Shown here piece after piece: positions 50,807 to 61,523 of a stretch of DNA of 64,000 nt. Position numbers and translations under genes: made by a program. The first letter of the stretch is position 1. Each line of letters starts with the position of its first letter. This DNA comes from an uncultured Planctomycetota bacterium. Lineage in GTDB: Bacteria; Planctomycetota; Planctomycetia; Isosphaerales; Isosphaeraceae. The stretch is taken from NCBI GenBank assembly GCA_963823665.1, contig CAWGMQ010000011.1, positions 32,001 through 96,000 on the forward strand, read 5' to 3'. Below the pieces are notes generated by a model. It saw only the letters and a program-made list of their open reading frames with translations, was not told where the DNA came from and searched no databases.

Positions 50807-53800
50807 ATGACTTTCAGATCTTGTCCGACCCGTGAGGACCTCTCTTACTGGCTGGATGATCAGTTCGAGGCATCCGATCAGACGGAGATCGGCATCCACG
50901 TCGACTCTTGCGATCGATGCCAGAGGAAGCTGGAACAACTCACGTGCCGTCAGGCTTACGGGATCCTCGCGCTGGGTGGTCGACCGTTGCGGCCGTTTCA
51001 TCGCGACGGATTAGCAGCAATCGCCCCGGCCAAACAGCGCGCGACCTCGTTCGTGGTCCCGCCGGCACTAGAGGCCCGAACGGGCGAAGTCTCTCGCTTT
51101 CGTGGCGTTTCGACCCACGCTCAGGATCAGGATCCTGGCGACGTCACCGATTTTGGGGATGAGACATCCGCGGAGCCTGTGACCGCGGAATGCGATCGAC
51201 GCACCGGCCGATTTCCGATGGACACAGAGCCCGCCGTGGTACGGGAGCGAACGCCGGCGTGGTCCGCGATCCCTGCTTATGACGTGCTGGGGGTGATCCG
51301 AGAAGGGGGTATGAGCGTTGTCTACAAGGCGCGGCAGCGGGGCCTCAACCGCCTGGTTGCCCTCAAAATGATTCGGGGCAAGGAATGGTCGCGTCCCGAC
51401 CACCTCGCCCGTCTGCGGATCGAAGCGGAAGCCGTGGCCAGGCTTCGCCACCCGAACATCGTCCAGATTCACGAGATCGGCGAGGTCGATGGCCAGCCGT
51501 TCCTCTCGCTCGAGTTTCTCGAGGGGGGAACGCTGGAAGACCATCTGGCGGGTAATCCCCAGCCGGGAAAGCGCAGCGGCCGAGCTGATTGCCACGCTGG
51601 CCCGGGCCATCCAAACAGCACACGACGTCGGCATCATCCACCGCGACTTGAAGCCGAGCAACGTGCTGTTCACGAGCGAGGGCACTCCCAGGATCACGGA
51701 TTTCGGGCTGGCGAAAAGTCTGGAATCGGACAGCCAGCAAACCGAGTCCGGCCAGATCATGGGCACGCCCTGCTACATGGCGCCGGAACAGGCAATGGGG
51801 CACACGAAAGATGTCGGCCCGTCCGCCGACGTCTATGCGCTCGGGGCGATGTTCTACGAGATGTTGACCGGCCGTCCCCCGTTCAAGGGGCAAACTCCGG
51901 TCGACACCATTCGACAGGTCATCGAAGACGAGGTCGTGCCGCCCACCCGCCTTGTTCCCAAGGTCGCCAGGGACCTGGAAACGATTTGCCTGCATTGCCT
52001 CAACAAGGAGCCATCTCGGCGCTATCGCACGGGCAGCGCGCTGGCCGCGGATCTCGAGTGTTATCTCGCCGGTAATCCGATCAAGGCCAGGCGCACGCCG
52101 CTGTGGGAGCGCGGCATGAAGCTGGCCCGGCGGCGACCGTTGGCCACAGCAATGTGCACGCTCAGTCTGGTTGGAACACTCGCGTTCACTGGGTTCGGGG
52201 CGCAAAGCCGCGCTCGGAAGGCTGAGCTCAGAAATGCGACCGTCGTGAGTTTGCTTCAGGCCCAGGGGTTGCTCACTCAACGTCGCTGGAAGGATGCTGA
52301 CTCGATTCTGAGGGGAATCGAAGGCCAGCTTCGCGAAGAAACAGGTTTCGACGATCTGGCGACGCGGGTCGAACAAATGATCGCCCAGTGCAAGACAGAC
52401 CGGGCGATCGAAGAAGCCCGGAGCGAGTGCGAGGCGCGACAGAACAAATTCGAGCGGCTCTGGAAGGATGCCGTGTTCCAGGAAACGAACTTCACCGGAC
52501 TTGACATTCCCGGCGACAAGGCAGCCTTGCGTAAATCGACCCGGGCAGCGCTGGCGGTATTTGGCCGGCCGGGGTCCGAGGATCACTGGGCGCTGGGCAC
52601 GCTGCCGGCGAGTCTGGAAGAGCGGGAGCAAGAAGAGATCAAGAAAGGCTGCTACGAGCTTCTCCTGATCCTGGCCGAGGCCGTCGAGCAGCCCGAGGAG
52701 GGCTTGCGGCTATTGGACCAAGCCGCCGAGCTGCGACCCGCAACCCGATACTATCATCTGCGGCGTGCCGATCTGCTGGCCCGGTGTGGTGACGCATCCG
52801 GTGCGGAACGCCAGCGAGCCCTGGCGAGCGCTCTGGAGCCGTCGTCGGCTTTCGACCATTTCCTGAGCGGCAAGGAACAGTACAAGCGTAGAGACTGGGC
52901 GGCGGCACTTTCCCAGTTCGACGAAGTGCTTCGAATCCGGCCCGATCACTTCTGGGCGCACTGTCTGTCGGCTGTTTGCGCCTTGCAGCTCTCGCAGGCA
53001 ACCCGGGCCAGGGCCGAGCTGAACGCCTGTTTGCAGAGCGAGCCGGGCTTCGCCTGGCTTTACGAGCTGCGAGGCTTCGCCTCCTATCAGGTTGCGGCGC
53101 TCGCGCGCCTGGCGGCCGACGGCTTACAGGCCAAGGGGACCACGCTGCGCGGAGAGGCCCAGGTCCAGCTCAAGGCGGCCGAAGCCGATTTCAACACGGC
53201 CCTCGAATTGCTGTCGGAGCGGCCGAACGCCGAACTGCAATACGCCCTCCTGGTCAACCGCGGGCTGCTCTGGCTCGAGCGGCGTGAGTGGAGCAAGGCG
53301 ATCGCCGATCTGACCTCGGCGATCCGGCTCAAGCCCGCTCAGTGGCAGGCCCACGAGATGCTAGCCCAGGTGTACGACCGCGAAGGTAAACCCGATCAGG
53401 CCATCGAGCAGTTCACCCAGGCGATCGCCCTCCGTCCCGTCATGGCGGCGCTTTACCGCGCCCGCGCCAAAGTCGAGCTGGGGCGCCGGGAACAAATCGC
53501 GAGCGGGCGAGAACGCGCCCTCCGCGACCTCGAGACCGCCATCCGGCTCGAACCTCCCGGCAGCTCTTTTCTGGCAGGCGACCAGACCAATCGGGCTCGG
53601 CTGCTGCACCGCGAGCATCGCGAGAACGAGGCCCTCTCGGCGGCAGAGGCGGCGATTGCCGCCGACCCTGAGTTCCTCGACGCGCATCTGCTGCGAATCA
53701 ATGTGCTCCGGAAACTGAAACGTCATTCCGAAGTCATACGGTCGTGCGACGTCCTGCTCGCAAGAGGCAAACCGTCTGCGGACCTTTACGAGCTCCGCGC

Positions 53801-54389
53801 GCTGGCAAAGCAAGACCTCAAGGATCATGACGGCGCCATCGAGGACAACACTCTGGCCCACGCCATGCGGCCGCGAAGCGCGGCGATCCTGGCACGGAGG
53901 GGAAAGCTCTTCCTGATTTCCGGTGCTTCAAACCTGGCGCTTCGCGACTTTGAGGCGGCGATCGATCTGGATCCGTCGGGCCCCGCGAGCGCCCTAGCCT
54001 ACGTCGGCCGCGGTGAAGCTCGTGCGTCCCTCGGCCTCTTTCGAGATGCCCTCGCCGACGCGGCGCGAGCCGTGAAGCTGGGCAAACCGACCGATGAAAC
54101 GCTCTACAGCGCCGCACGGATCCACGCACAAGCCGCAGGCGCGGCGGCCGCCGAGGTGAAGAAGACGGGCAAGGCCGCCGCGTTTCTGGCATCGCACCAT
54201 CAAGATCAGGCGCTCGAGCTGCTGCGTCAGGCAATCGCCTCCCTGCCGGCCGCAGAGCGCAGGAGTTTCATGCACGATGTTGCTCAGACCGACCCGGCTC
54301 TCGCCGCCATTCGCCATCGCCTTCGCTCTGTGGACCTGGCCGGAGCCGCTCTTCCTTCAGACCGCTCGGAAACTCAACCTCAAGACTAG
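50807..54389 (+). CDS. Zinc-finger anti-sigma / Ser/Thr kinase / TM / TPR protein; frameshift near 51570
   Basis: CPTREDL...HVDSCDRC; GGMSVVY, VALK, HRDLKPSN, DFG, APE; TM LATAMCTLSLVGTLAFTGF; multiple TPRs. Confidence 0.9.
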
Positions 54390-54449
54390 AAAGCGGCGTT
54401 CCGGCCAGTTGATGAGGACCGCTTTGGAACCGACTCGGGAGCTTTGTCG

Positions 54450-55877
54450 ATGACCGCGATGTGGAACTTCGAGCGAACCATCCGCCTGTTATCGGGTCGC
54501 ACACGCCGGGCCGTCCCGACACGCAGGGAAGTTCGCTTCCGCCCCGGCGTCGAAGCGATTGAGGGTCGGACGCTCTTATCCAGCTTCGCGGGGAGCAACT
54601 CCCTCGAGAACGTTGCCGGCCCTCCTACGCTGGCGGTCATCAATACCGACCGGGCCGTCGAGTCCGGCATATTAGCCAACATCGGCCGCGGCGCTCAGAC
54701 CGTCGGACAGCCGGACAACACTCCGGGGCCGTCATTCGTCGGTGACTTTGACGGCAAGACCGATCTGCTGACCGTGAATCCCTCATCGAACGACCTTACG
54801 CTGATTTCCGGTTATGGCGGCCCGAAGCCGGTCACGACGACGATCTCCTCGGCGGGAGTCGACCCTCGTATGGCCCTCACGTTCACCACGCCAAACGGCT
54901 TCGACAATCTGGTGCTGGCCAATACCGGAGACGGAGTCCTGACGCTCTTCGAGGGCACTTCCAAGGGACTGGTGCTGGTTTCCAGTGTGACCTCCGGTGA
55001 CCTGCGCCACGCCACGGCGCTCGAGTTCCTGGGAATCAGTGGCCATGACGTCCGGTTGTTCGTCCTCCGCGGAAACCAGACGGCGGGCGAAGTGGAGGTC
55101 CTCAGCCTGACCGGCGGTAACATTCTTTCGGGTCAGCCGGGGCCGAACTCAACGGGCTCGAGCGGCATCGCTCAGCTTGTCCCGCTGCAAGAATCGTCGC
55201 TGGCCCTGATTGGAACGCTGCTGCCCGTGACGCCGGACGCCCCCGCAAGCGCGCCGTCCTACGCGGTCGAGGCCATGGCGGCCCCGACGCTCGAATCCAG
55301 CACACCCGGGTCACTGGGCCAGCCACTGCTGGCCCGCGCGATTCGCTTCGCAGAGGCCAGGGCGGGGAACGAGGCGCCCATCAAAATCGCTGACGGGCCC
55401 GTCGTGCCCGGAGGCAAGAGCGGCGCGGCCTGGCAGCAGTACGTGCTCGGCACTGATGAGGCGCTCAACCAGTTCGATCGCGAGCATCCGGACCTTTCCC
55501 GGGATGGTTCGCAAGACGTGCCGGTCACGCGGTCCGGCGACGGCAGGAGTGACGCCGATAAAGCCGTTACCGCAGTCATGGCGTTGCCGGAGAGTCCGTT
55601 CTCGACTGCAAACCAGGTCGCGATTGCAGCCACCACTGACCAGGCCATCGACCTGCTCGGTGGCCATGATCCGGTCGTGGGAGGCCAAACATGGTGGCGC
55701 GAAGAGACGACGGTCGAAGCGGGATTCAGGTCCCGGCTGGCGGCGACTCGGGGCCGTTTGTCGGCTTGCCTGTTTATCACAACGGTGGGCGCAGGTTGCC
55801 TTTACCTGCGCCCGGCAAGCCGTCGAGGCCGGGCGAACGGTCGAAGGATCGAGGCTCGCCGGCGCCAGACGACGTGA
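54450..55877 (+). CDS. LEPR-xLL-type exported protein with FG-GAP-like segment and C-terminal TM/Arg-rich tail
   Basis: RPGVEAIEGRTLLS; VGDFDGKTDLLTVN; LSACLFITTVGAGCLYL followed by basic tail. Confidence 0.75.
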   Translation: MTAMWNFERTIRLLSGRTRRAVPTRREVRFRPGVEAIEGRTLLSSFAGSNSLENVAGPPTLAVINTDRAVESGILANIGRGAQTVGQPDNTPGPSFVGDFDGKTDLLTVNPSSNDLTLISGYGGPKPVTTTISSAGVDPRMALTFTTPNGFDNLVLANTGDGVLTLFEGTSKGLVLVSSVTSGDLRHATALEFLGISGHDVRLFVLRGNQTAGEVEVLSLTGGNILSGQPGPNSTGSSGIAQLVPLQESSLALIGTLLPVTPDAPASAPSYAVEAMAAPTLESSTPGSLGQPLLARAIRFAEARAGNEAPIKIADGPVVPGGKSGAAWQQYVLGTDEALNQFDREHPDLSRDGSQDVPVTRSGDGRSDADKAVTAVMALPESPFSTANQVAIAATTDQAIDLLGGHDPVVGGQTWWREETTVEAGFRSRLAATRGRLSACLFITTVGAGCLYLRPASRRGRANGRRIEARRRQTT

Positions 55878-56113
55878 GCACCTGGACCATCCCCCATCGA
55901 AAGCGTTTACTTGCACTTCCTGGATTCTGATCCAGCGCGGCGGCGACAGGCGGGTCAACAGCAACGCTCTGGGAACTGTTCGCCTGCGTCCTGCACCTGT
56001 TATCATGGAGCTCGGTGACGGCCGTATTCTGACGGTCTGGTCGCCACTTCGCTCGCCCAGCCGGCGGTCGTCGCTCCGATCCCGCGCCGCCCTGTAATGC
56101 AAAGTCGCGCCTA

Positions 56114-56713
56114 ATGTCGACGGACCCGAACAAGGAAACATCGGGCACGCTGATGATGCGGATCCAGGAGGATCCGGCCGATCGGGCTGCGTGGGATGAG
56201 TTTGTCGAGATCTATCAGCCGATGATCCGCGATTGGTGTTTGCGGTGGGGTTCGCAGCCGGCGGACGCGGAAGACGTCGCGCAGCAGGTTATCCTCAAGC
56301 TGCTGACCGCCATGAAGAACTACCGCCGCCTGGTCGGCTCGGGCTTTCGGGGCTGGCTCAAGACCGTGACCCATAATGCGTGGCTCGACTTTGTCACTTC
56401 CCGCCAGAACTCGGCCCAGTATCCGGGATCCATCGACTCGATCACCGATTCAAACGATGCCCTCGCGGACCTGGAAGCGGAAATGCAGCGTGCTTTCGAA
56501 AATGAACTGCTGTCGCTGGCGATGAGCCGGGTGGAGGCACGCGTCAAGCCCAGCACGTGGGAGGCGTTCCGGCTCACCGCCATCGAGGACATGCAAGGGG
56601 TCGAGGCCGCGGCGAGACTCAACATGGAAGTGTCAAATGTGTTCGTGCACAAGCATCGCGTGATGAAACTACTGGAAGCGGAAGTGAGGATCTTGAAGGG
56701 CGAGCGCGGCTGA
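56114..56713 (+). CDS. ECF sigma factor, kinase-associated type
   Basis: TSGTLMMRI...AWDEFVEIYQP, DAEDVAQ, FRGWLKTVTHN, TWEAFRLT, VFVHKHRV. Confidence 0.93.
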   Translation: MSTDPNKETSGTLMMRIQEDPADRAAWDEFVEIYQPMIRDWCLRWGSQPADAEDVAQQVILKLLTAMKNYRRLVGSGFRGWLKTVTHNAWLDFVTSRQNSAQYPGSIDSITDSNDALADLEAEMQRAFENELLSLAMSRVEARVKPSTWEAFRLTAIEDMQGVEAAARLNMEVSNVFVHKHRVMKLLEAEVRILKGERG

Positions 56714-56899
56714 CGGAAGGCGAATCGGCGGGAAATGTCGCAAAACGCCGTTCCAAAGGCGAGCGGCAGACCTCGAAGCAGTCGTGAATTCTGCGGACGA
56801 GGTCGACTCTGAGCGCGCAAGAAACGCGGGCGGTCGCAGACGCCCTTGATTCGGTTGCTCTCCTTGTGGAAAATCTGAGGCTCAATCGGAGTCAAAGCG

Positions 56900-57502
56900 A
56901 TGGGCAAGAAAGATCAGCGAGTCGACGCGTATATCGAAAAATCGGCGGAGTTTGCCAAACCGATCCTCAACCATTTGAGAGCGATCGTGCATCAGGCCTG
57001 CCCGGAAGTGGAAGAGGCCTACAAGTGGAGCTTTCCTTGCTTCATGTACAAGGGCATGTTCTGCAACATGGCGGCTTTCAAGGAGCACTGCGCGTTTGGC
57101 TTCTGGAAAAGCAAGCTCATTGTCGATAAGAAGGGACAAAGCCTCGAGAAATCCATGGGTCAGTTCGGGCGGATCACCAAGCTTGCCGACCTGCCGCCCA
57201 AGAAAGTGCTGGTCGAATACATCAAGCTGGCCAAGAAGCTCAACGATGATGGGGTCAAGGCTCCAACTCGCGTCAAGAAACCGCCGAGAGAGCTGGTCGT
57301 CCCGGATGATCTCACCAAAGCGCTCAAACGAAACAAGGCGGCCCAGGCCACCTTTGACAAATTCAGCCCGAGCAACAAGCGTGAATATGTTGACTGGATT
57401 ACCGAAGCCAAGACAGAGGCGACCCGGAACAAGCGGCTCGAAACTGCGATTGAATGGATGGCCGAAGGCAAAACGCGAAACTGGAAGTACATGAATTGCT
57501 AG
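56900..57502 (+). CDS. YdeI/OmpD-associated family protein
   Basis: RVDAYI, EEAYKWSFP, AAFKEHC.FGFW, REYVDWITEAKTEATRNKR. Confidence 0.9.
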   Translation: MGKKDQRVDAYIEKSAEFAKPILNHLRAIVHQACPEVEEAYKWSFPCFMYKGMFCNMAAFKEHCAFGFWKSKLIVDKKGQSLEKSMGQFGRITKLADLPPKKVLVEYIKLAKKLNDDGVKAPTRVKKPPRELVVPDDLTKALKRNKAAQATFDKFSPSNKREYVDWITEAKTEATRNKRLETAIEWMAEGKTRNWKYMNC

Positions 57503-57561
57503 ACTTCCGGCGCGAGGCGCTCTCGAGCAGCGCCTGGCCCAGCGGCTCGCGAGGAAACTCA

Positions 57562-58449
57562 GTGACGGCTCAGCTCCTGGATGGGAAATCACTTGCAGAG
57601 AAAGTCCGCCGCCAGGTTGCGGAGGAAGCGAGCGCATTCACTGCCCGGACGGGCGTTGTGCCGGGGCTCTCCGTCGTGCTCGTGGGCGAAGATCCTGCCA
57701 GCCAGGTTTACGTGCGAAACAAGGCCGCGGCAAGCAAGAAGGCCGGGATGAACGGGCACGTACTGCGCCTGCCGTCGAACATCTCCGAAGCCGAGCTCTT
57801 ATCAACCATCGACCGGCTCAACAGTGCCCCCGCCGTTCATGGCATTCTGGTGCAGCTTCCCCTGCCGCCGCAGATAAACGAGTCGATCGTGGTCGAGCGG
57901 GTTGATCCGGCCAAGGACGTCGACGGCTTTCATCCCGCCAACTTCGGGTTGCTCGCGGCCGGCACGCCGCGGTTCGTGCCGTGCACGCCGCTGGGCATCC
58001 GAGAGCTGTTGCTCGACGCCGGGATCGAGACGCGGGGCGCCCACGCCGTTATTCTAGGGCGATCGCGGATCGTGGGCCGGCCGCTTGCGTTCCTTCTGCT
58101 CCAAAAAGCCCCTGGAGGAGAGGCGACCGTCACGGTGTGTCATACAGCCACGCCCGACGCCGCGGCGTTCGCGCGCGAAGCCGACATTCTTTTCGTCGCG
58201 ATGGGGCGCCCCGAGCTCGTCACGGCGAGCTGGATCAAGCCGGGCGCCGTCGTGATCGACGTGGGCATTCACAAGAAAGCCGACGGCCGGCTTTGCGGCG
58301 ATGTGGAATTCGAAAGCGCTTGCCGCGTGGCCTCGCACATCACGCCGGTTCCCGGCGGCGTCGGGCCCATGACGATCGCCATGCTGCTCAAGAACACGTT
58401 GCAGGCAGCCAGGATGGCGGTCGCGGCCGGCTCGGCAGGGAGCGAATGA
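57562..58449 (+). CDS. folD: Bifunctional methylenetetrahydrofolate dehydrogenase/cyclohydrolase
   Basis: YVRNK, GILVQLPLP, KDVDGFHP, PCTP, GRSRIVGRP, TPVPGGVGPMT. Confidence 0.97.
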   Translation: MTAQLLDGKSLAEKVRRQVAEEASAFTARTGVVPGLSVVLVGEDPASQVYVRNKAAASKKAGMNGHVLRLPSNISEAELLSTIDRLNSAPAVHGILVQLPLPPQINESIVVERVDPAKDVDGFHPANFGLLAAGTPRFVPCTPLGIRELLLDAGIETRGAHAVILGRSRIVGRPLAFLLLQKAPGGEATVTVCHTATPDAAAFAREADILFVAMGRPELVTASWIKPGAVVIDVGIHKKADGRLCGDVEFESACRVASHITPVPGGVGPMTIAMLLKNTLQAARMAVAAGSAGSE

Positions 58450-58453
58450 TCGC

Positions 58454-59314
58454 ATGTTCAAATTTGGAATTTGCAATGAACTATTCGAAGGGATGGAATT
58501 CGCCCAGGTTTGCCGGCTGGTCGAGGACCTCGGCTATGACGGGCTGGAAATCGCACCGTTCACGCTGGCACGATTGATTACCGAGTTGACCGCGGCGCGG
58601 CGCCGAGAGTTACGCATGATGGTCGAGGACGCCGGGCTCGAGACGATCGGGCTGCACTGGCTGCTTGCGAAAACCGAAGGTCTTTATCTGACATCGCCCG
58701 AGGCCTCGGTGCGCCGCGCGACGGGCGAGTACCTGGTCGCACTCGCCGAGGCCACCCGCGACCTTGGCGGCACGCTCATGGTGCTGGGCTCGCCCAAACA
58801 ACGGAGCTTGCTGCCGGGTGTCAGCTACGAGCAGGCGTTCGGATATGCAGGCGAGGTCTTTGATCGAATCATGCCGGCGATCGGTGACGCGGGGGTGCAT
58901 CTGTGCTTTGAGCCGCTGGCGCCGAACGATACGGATTTTGTGAATACGTGCGCGCAGGCCACCGAGCTTGTTCGCCGGGTTGGTCATCCGCACTTCAAGC
59001 TGCACATGGACGTGAAGGCCCAGAGCAGCGAGGTCGGGGCGTCGGTTCCGGAGTTGATTCGCAAGTACGCAAGAAACGCCGGGCATTTTCATGCTCAAGA
59101 CGTCAACCTGCGCGGGCCGGGAATGGGGCAGGTTGACTTCAAGCCGATCATGCAGGCGCTTGTTGATTCGGGGTACGCGGGGTGGGTTTCAGTTGAGGTG
59201 TTTGATTTCTCCCCGGGTGCCGATGAGACCGCGAGGCAGAGCATCGCGTGTCTGAAGGACGCGTTGGGGATAGCTCGGGGTGGAGAGCCCGGAGCGCCGG
59301 CGCGAACCGCATAG
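58454..59314 (+). CDS. Sugar phosphate isomerase/epimerase (tagatose/psicose 3-epimerase-like TIM barrel)
   Basis: GYDGLEIAP, FEPL, HMDVK, HFHAQD, GPGMG, SVEVF. Confidence 0.9.
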   Translation: MFKFGICNELFEGMEFAQVCRLVEDLGYDGLEIAPFTLARLITELTAARRRELRMMVEDAGLETIGLHWLLAKTEGLYLTSPEASVRRATGEYLVALAEATRDLGGTLMVLGSPKQRSLLPGVSYEQAFGYAGEVFDRIMPAIGDAGVHLCFEPLAPNDTDFVNTCAQATELVRRVGHPHFKLHMDVKAQSSEVGASVPELIRKYARNAGHFHAQDVNLRGPGMGQVDFKPIMQALVDSGYAGWVSVEVFDFSPGADETARQSIACLKDALGIARGGEPGAPARTA

Positions 59315-59328
59315 CGGCCCGACCGCCT

Positions 59329-60006
59329 TCACGTATAAGGCAGGTTGTGGATCAGGATTTCAAACTGATCCCGAATCCGCTTGACTGCCCGCCGCAACTC
59401 GCGGGCGAGGATGAAGGGCGGCCAGACGAGGATCAGGCTGATCAGCATTGCAAAGACGTTGTCCGCGCGCGTCGCGAGCTGTTGGCTCGGGATAACGACC
59501 GCGAATTCCACGAAGAGTCCGACCAAGATTCCACCAAGCCCAAGCGCGATAAAGAGCCAGCCGCCCTGCACTTGATCGCGGTAGTTGATTGTTTCGACGC
59601 AGTATTCGATTCGCGTCTTGTTCCCCACAACAGAGAATCGAGCCGTGCCCCGGCGGAAGCCGATCCCATTCCATTTGATCGACTCGAGCGAGGTGCCAGC
59701 CGTCTCAAAGCGGATTTCGTTCTGGTCGGCAGCGGTGATCTTCACGGTCGCGCCGAGGATGCCGAGACCATTGTGCGCCAGCGTTTGAGCGAATTTTGGC
59801 GCGAGCAAGCCGGGCTCACCCGGGACCTCGGCGCTCCCCGCGATCGTCGCTGCAAGGTTCTCGGCGGGGCAAACCCGGGCGGCCTCGTCCGACACAGCCT
59901 GGCGTTCGCGAGTGGCGCGCAGCATCACTTGGATTGCGATTACCCATATCATGAGCCCGATCGTGGCGATCCCGACGACGATCGCCGTGGCGATTTCAGT
60001 ATTCAT
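59329..60006 (-). CDS. Hypothetical membrane protein (paralog A2)
   Basis: Three TM segments; ends HNLPYT; similar to 60049-60720. Confidence 0.8.
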   Translation of the reverse strand: MNTEIATAIVVGIATIGLMIWVIAIQVMLRATRERQAVSDEAARVCPAENLAATIAGSAEVPGEPGLLAPKFAQTLAHNGLGILGATVKITAADQNEIRFETAGTSLESIKWNGIGFRRGTARFSVVGNKTRIEYCVETINYRDQVQGGWLFIALGLGGILVGLFVEFAVVIPSQQLATRADNVFAMLISLILVWPPFILARELRRAVKRIRDQFEILIHNLPYT

Positions 60007-60048
60007 GAAGAACCTCGCTTCAAAGTGTTCTTCGCGTCGGTCAGGCCC

Positions 60049-60720
60049 TCACGCGTAAGGCAAATTGTGAACCAAAGCCTCGAACTGGTTTCGGATCAGC
60101 TTGACGGGCTGCCTTGAGATGTGGGCAAACAGGAACGGCGGCCAGATGAAATGAATGACTTGAATCATCTGGAAAGCCTGGGCGCGAATGGCGGCCTGCG
60201 GGCTGGGAATCACCACGGCGAATTCCACACAGAGGCCGATCACAAGCGCAGCGAGCCCGAGTGCGATGCATAGCCAGCCAAGCGCCAGCAGAGCGCGACC
60301 GGACCCGGCTTCGACGCGGTATTCGATTCGGGTCTGGTTCCCTGCACTCGAGAACCGGACCACGCCCCGGCGAAGGTTTGCCGGTGGGGGGCCGGAGTCG
60401 CCGGGCGTGTTGCCAATCGCTTCGAAGCTGACTTGTTTTCGATCAGCGGCGGTGATCTTGATAGGGCCGAGGAAGCCCAGTCCGTCGCGTGCGAGCCGCT
60501 CAGCCAGCTTGGCTGAGAGGTCGTCTGGATTTCCTGGCACTTCGGCAGTTCCGGCAATCGTGCCGGCCGGGTTGTCGGCTCCAATCGCGAGCGCGTCCTC
60601 GTCTGCAAGGGCGCGGCGTTCCTGGGTGGCGCGCAGCATCGTCTGAAGCGCAAACATCCATACCACGAAGCCGACGATGGCAATCCCGACCACGATGGCT
60701 GTCGCGAGCTCAGGCTCCAT
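60049..60720 (-). CDS. Hypothetical membrane protein (paralog A1)
   Basis: ATAIVVGIA, IAG.AEVPG, KITAAD, TRIEY, VEFAVVIPS, WPPF, HNLPY shared with neighbour. Confidence 0.8.
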   Translation of the reverse strand: MEPELATAIVVGIAIVGFVVWMFALQTMLRATQERRALADEDALAIGADNPAGTIAGTAEVPGNPDDLSAKLAERLARDGLGFLGPIKITAADRKQVSFEAIGNTPGDSGPPPANLRRGVVRFSSAGNQTRIEYRVEAGSGRALLALGWLCIALGLAALVIGLCVEFAVVIPSPQAAIRAQAFQMIQVIHFIWPPFLFAHISRQPVKLIRNQFEALVHNLPYA

Positions 60721-60808
60721 GCACGGCCCCGTTTTGAAAACGTGCGGAAAATTGCGCTGCCGCATTCCAACGAAAGACTGGCCGGCCGTCAAGCGCCTGC
60801 GCTCTGAA

Positions 60809-61441
60809 TCAGAAGCGCGCATGGAAATCCCACCAGCTCGTTAGCGGCAGGGTGACGATCCAGAACCATCCGAGCGTTCGGCCCACACGATCGACCCAGC
60901 TCCGCTCGGGCCGCCACCGGCCGCTTGCGAGCATGAGCATCCAGCTTGATGCCACCGCAAGGCCGATCATCGCCATTGTGCCCAGGAAGTGATCGGTGTC
61001 AAACGAGAGCAAGCCTGGATTCCCCGCCACGATGCATCCCTTTGGCAGGTCAAGGCGGGGGTTCCAGACCGCGAGCCCCGGATCGCTGCCGACACGCCAG
61101 TACATCGTTGCGAATCCGGAAAGACGGAATGCGAGGACCGCAGCGGCCAAGAGCCCTGCGACCAAGCCCGGCTGCCGGATCAGCCGGCGCCAGCGTGGCC
61201 GTGGGCGGCGGAGCCTCAGAACGAGAATCGCCAGCGTCCACGCCATCGCGAACGGGGATGCCAGTACCAGGCAGCTCCAGAGACCGTTAACCCATCCGGT
61301 AAATCGTGGTGCTAATCCGATCGGCGGCCCCCAGTACACCCAGGTCACGCCATAGTACGGCTTGAAAACGGCGAGCCCGACCGCCGTCGCCGTGATCAGC
61401 ACGATCGCATCCGAAAGGCGAAACCTTCGTGGGGTCGTCAT
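60809..61441 (-). CDS. Hypothetical membrane protein (paralog B2)
   Basis: RRF.LSDAIVL, LRLR.P.PRWRRL.RQPG, W.PER.WVDR.GR, WWDFH.RF. Confidence 0.82.
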   Translation of the reverse strand: MTTPRRFRLSDAIVLITATAVGLAVFKPYYGVTWVYWGPPIGLAPRFTGWVNGLWSCLVLASPFAMAWTLAILVLRLRRPRPRWRRLIRQPGLVAGLLAAAVLAFRLSGFATMYWRVGSDPGLAVWNPRLDLPKGCIVAGNPGLLSFDTDHFLGTMAMIGLAVASSWMLMLASGRWRPERSWVDRVGRTLGWFWIVTLPLTSWWDFHARF

Positions 61442-61523
61442 GGGGATCCTCGCTCGCGAAATTATGCACAATGAGCCAGGTTTTCGAAGCCATCGATCGC
61501 GATCGGCGCGAAGAGGGTTCGCT

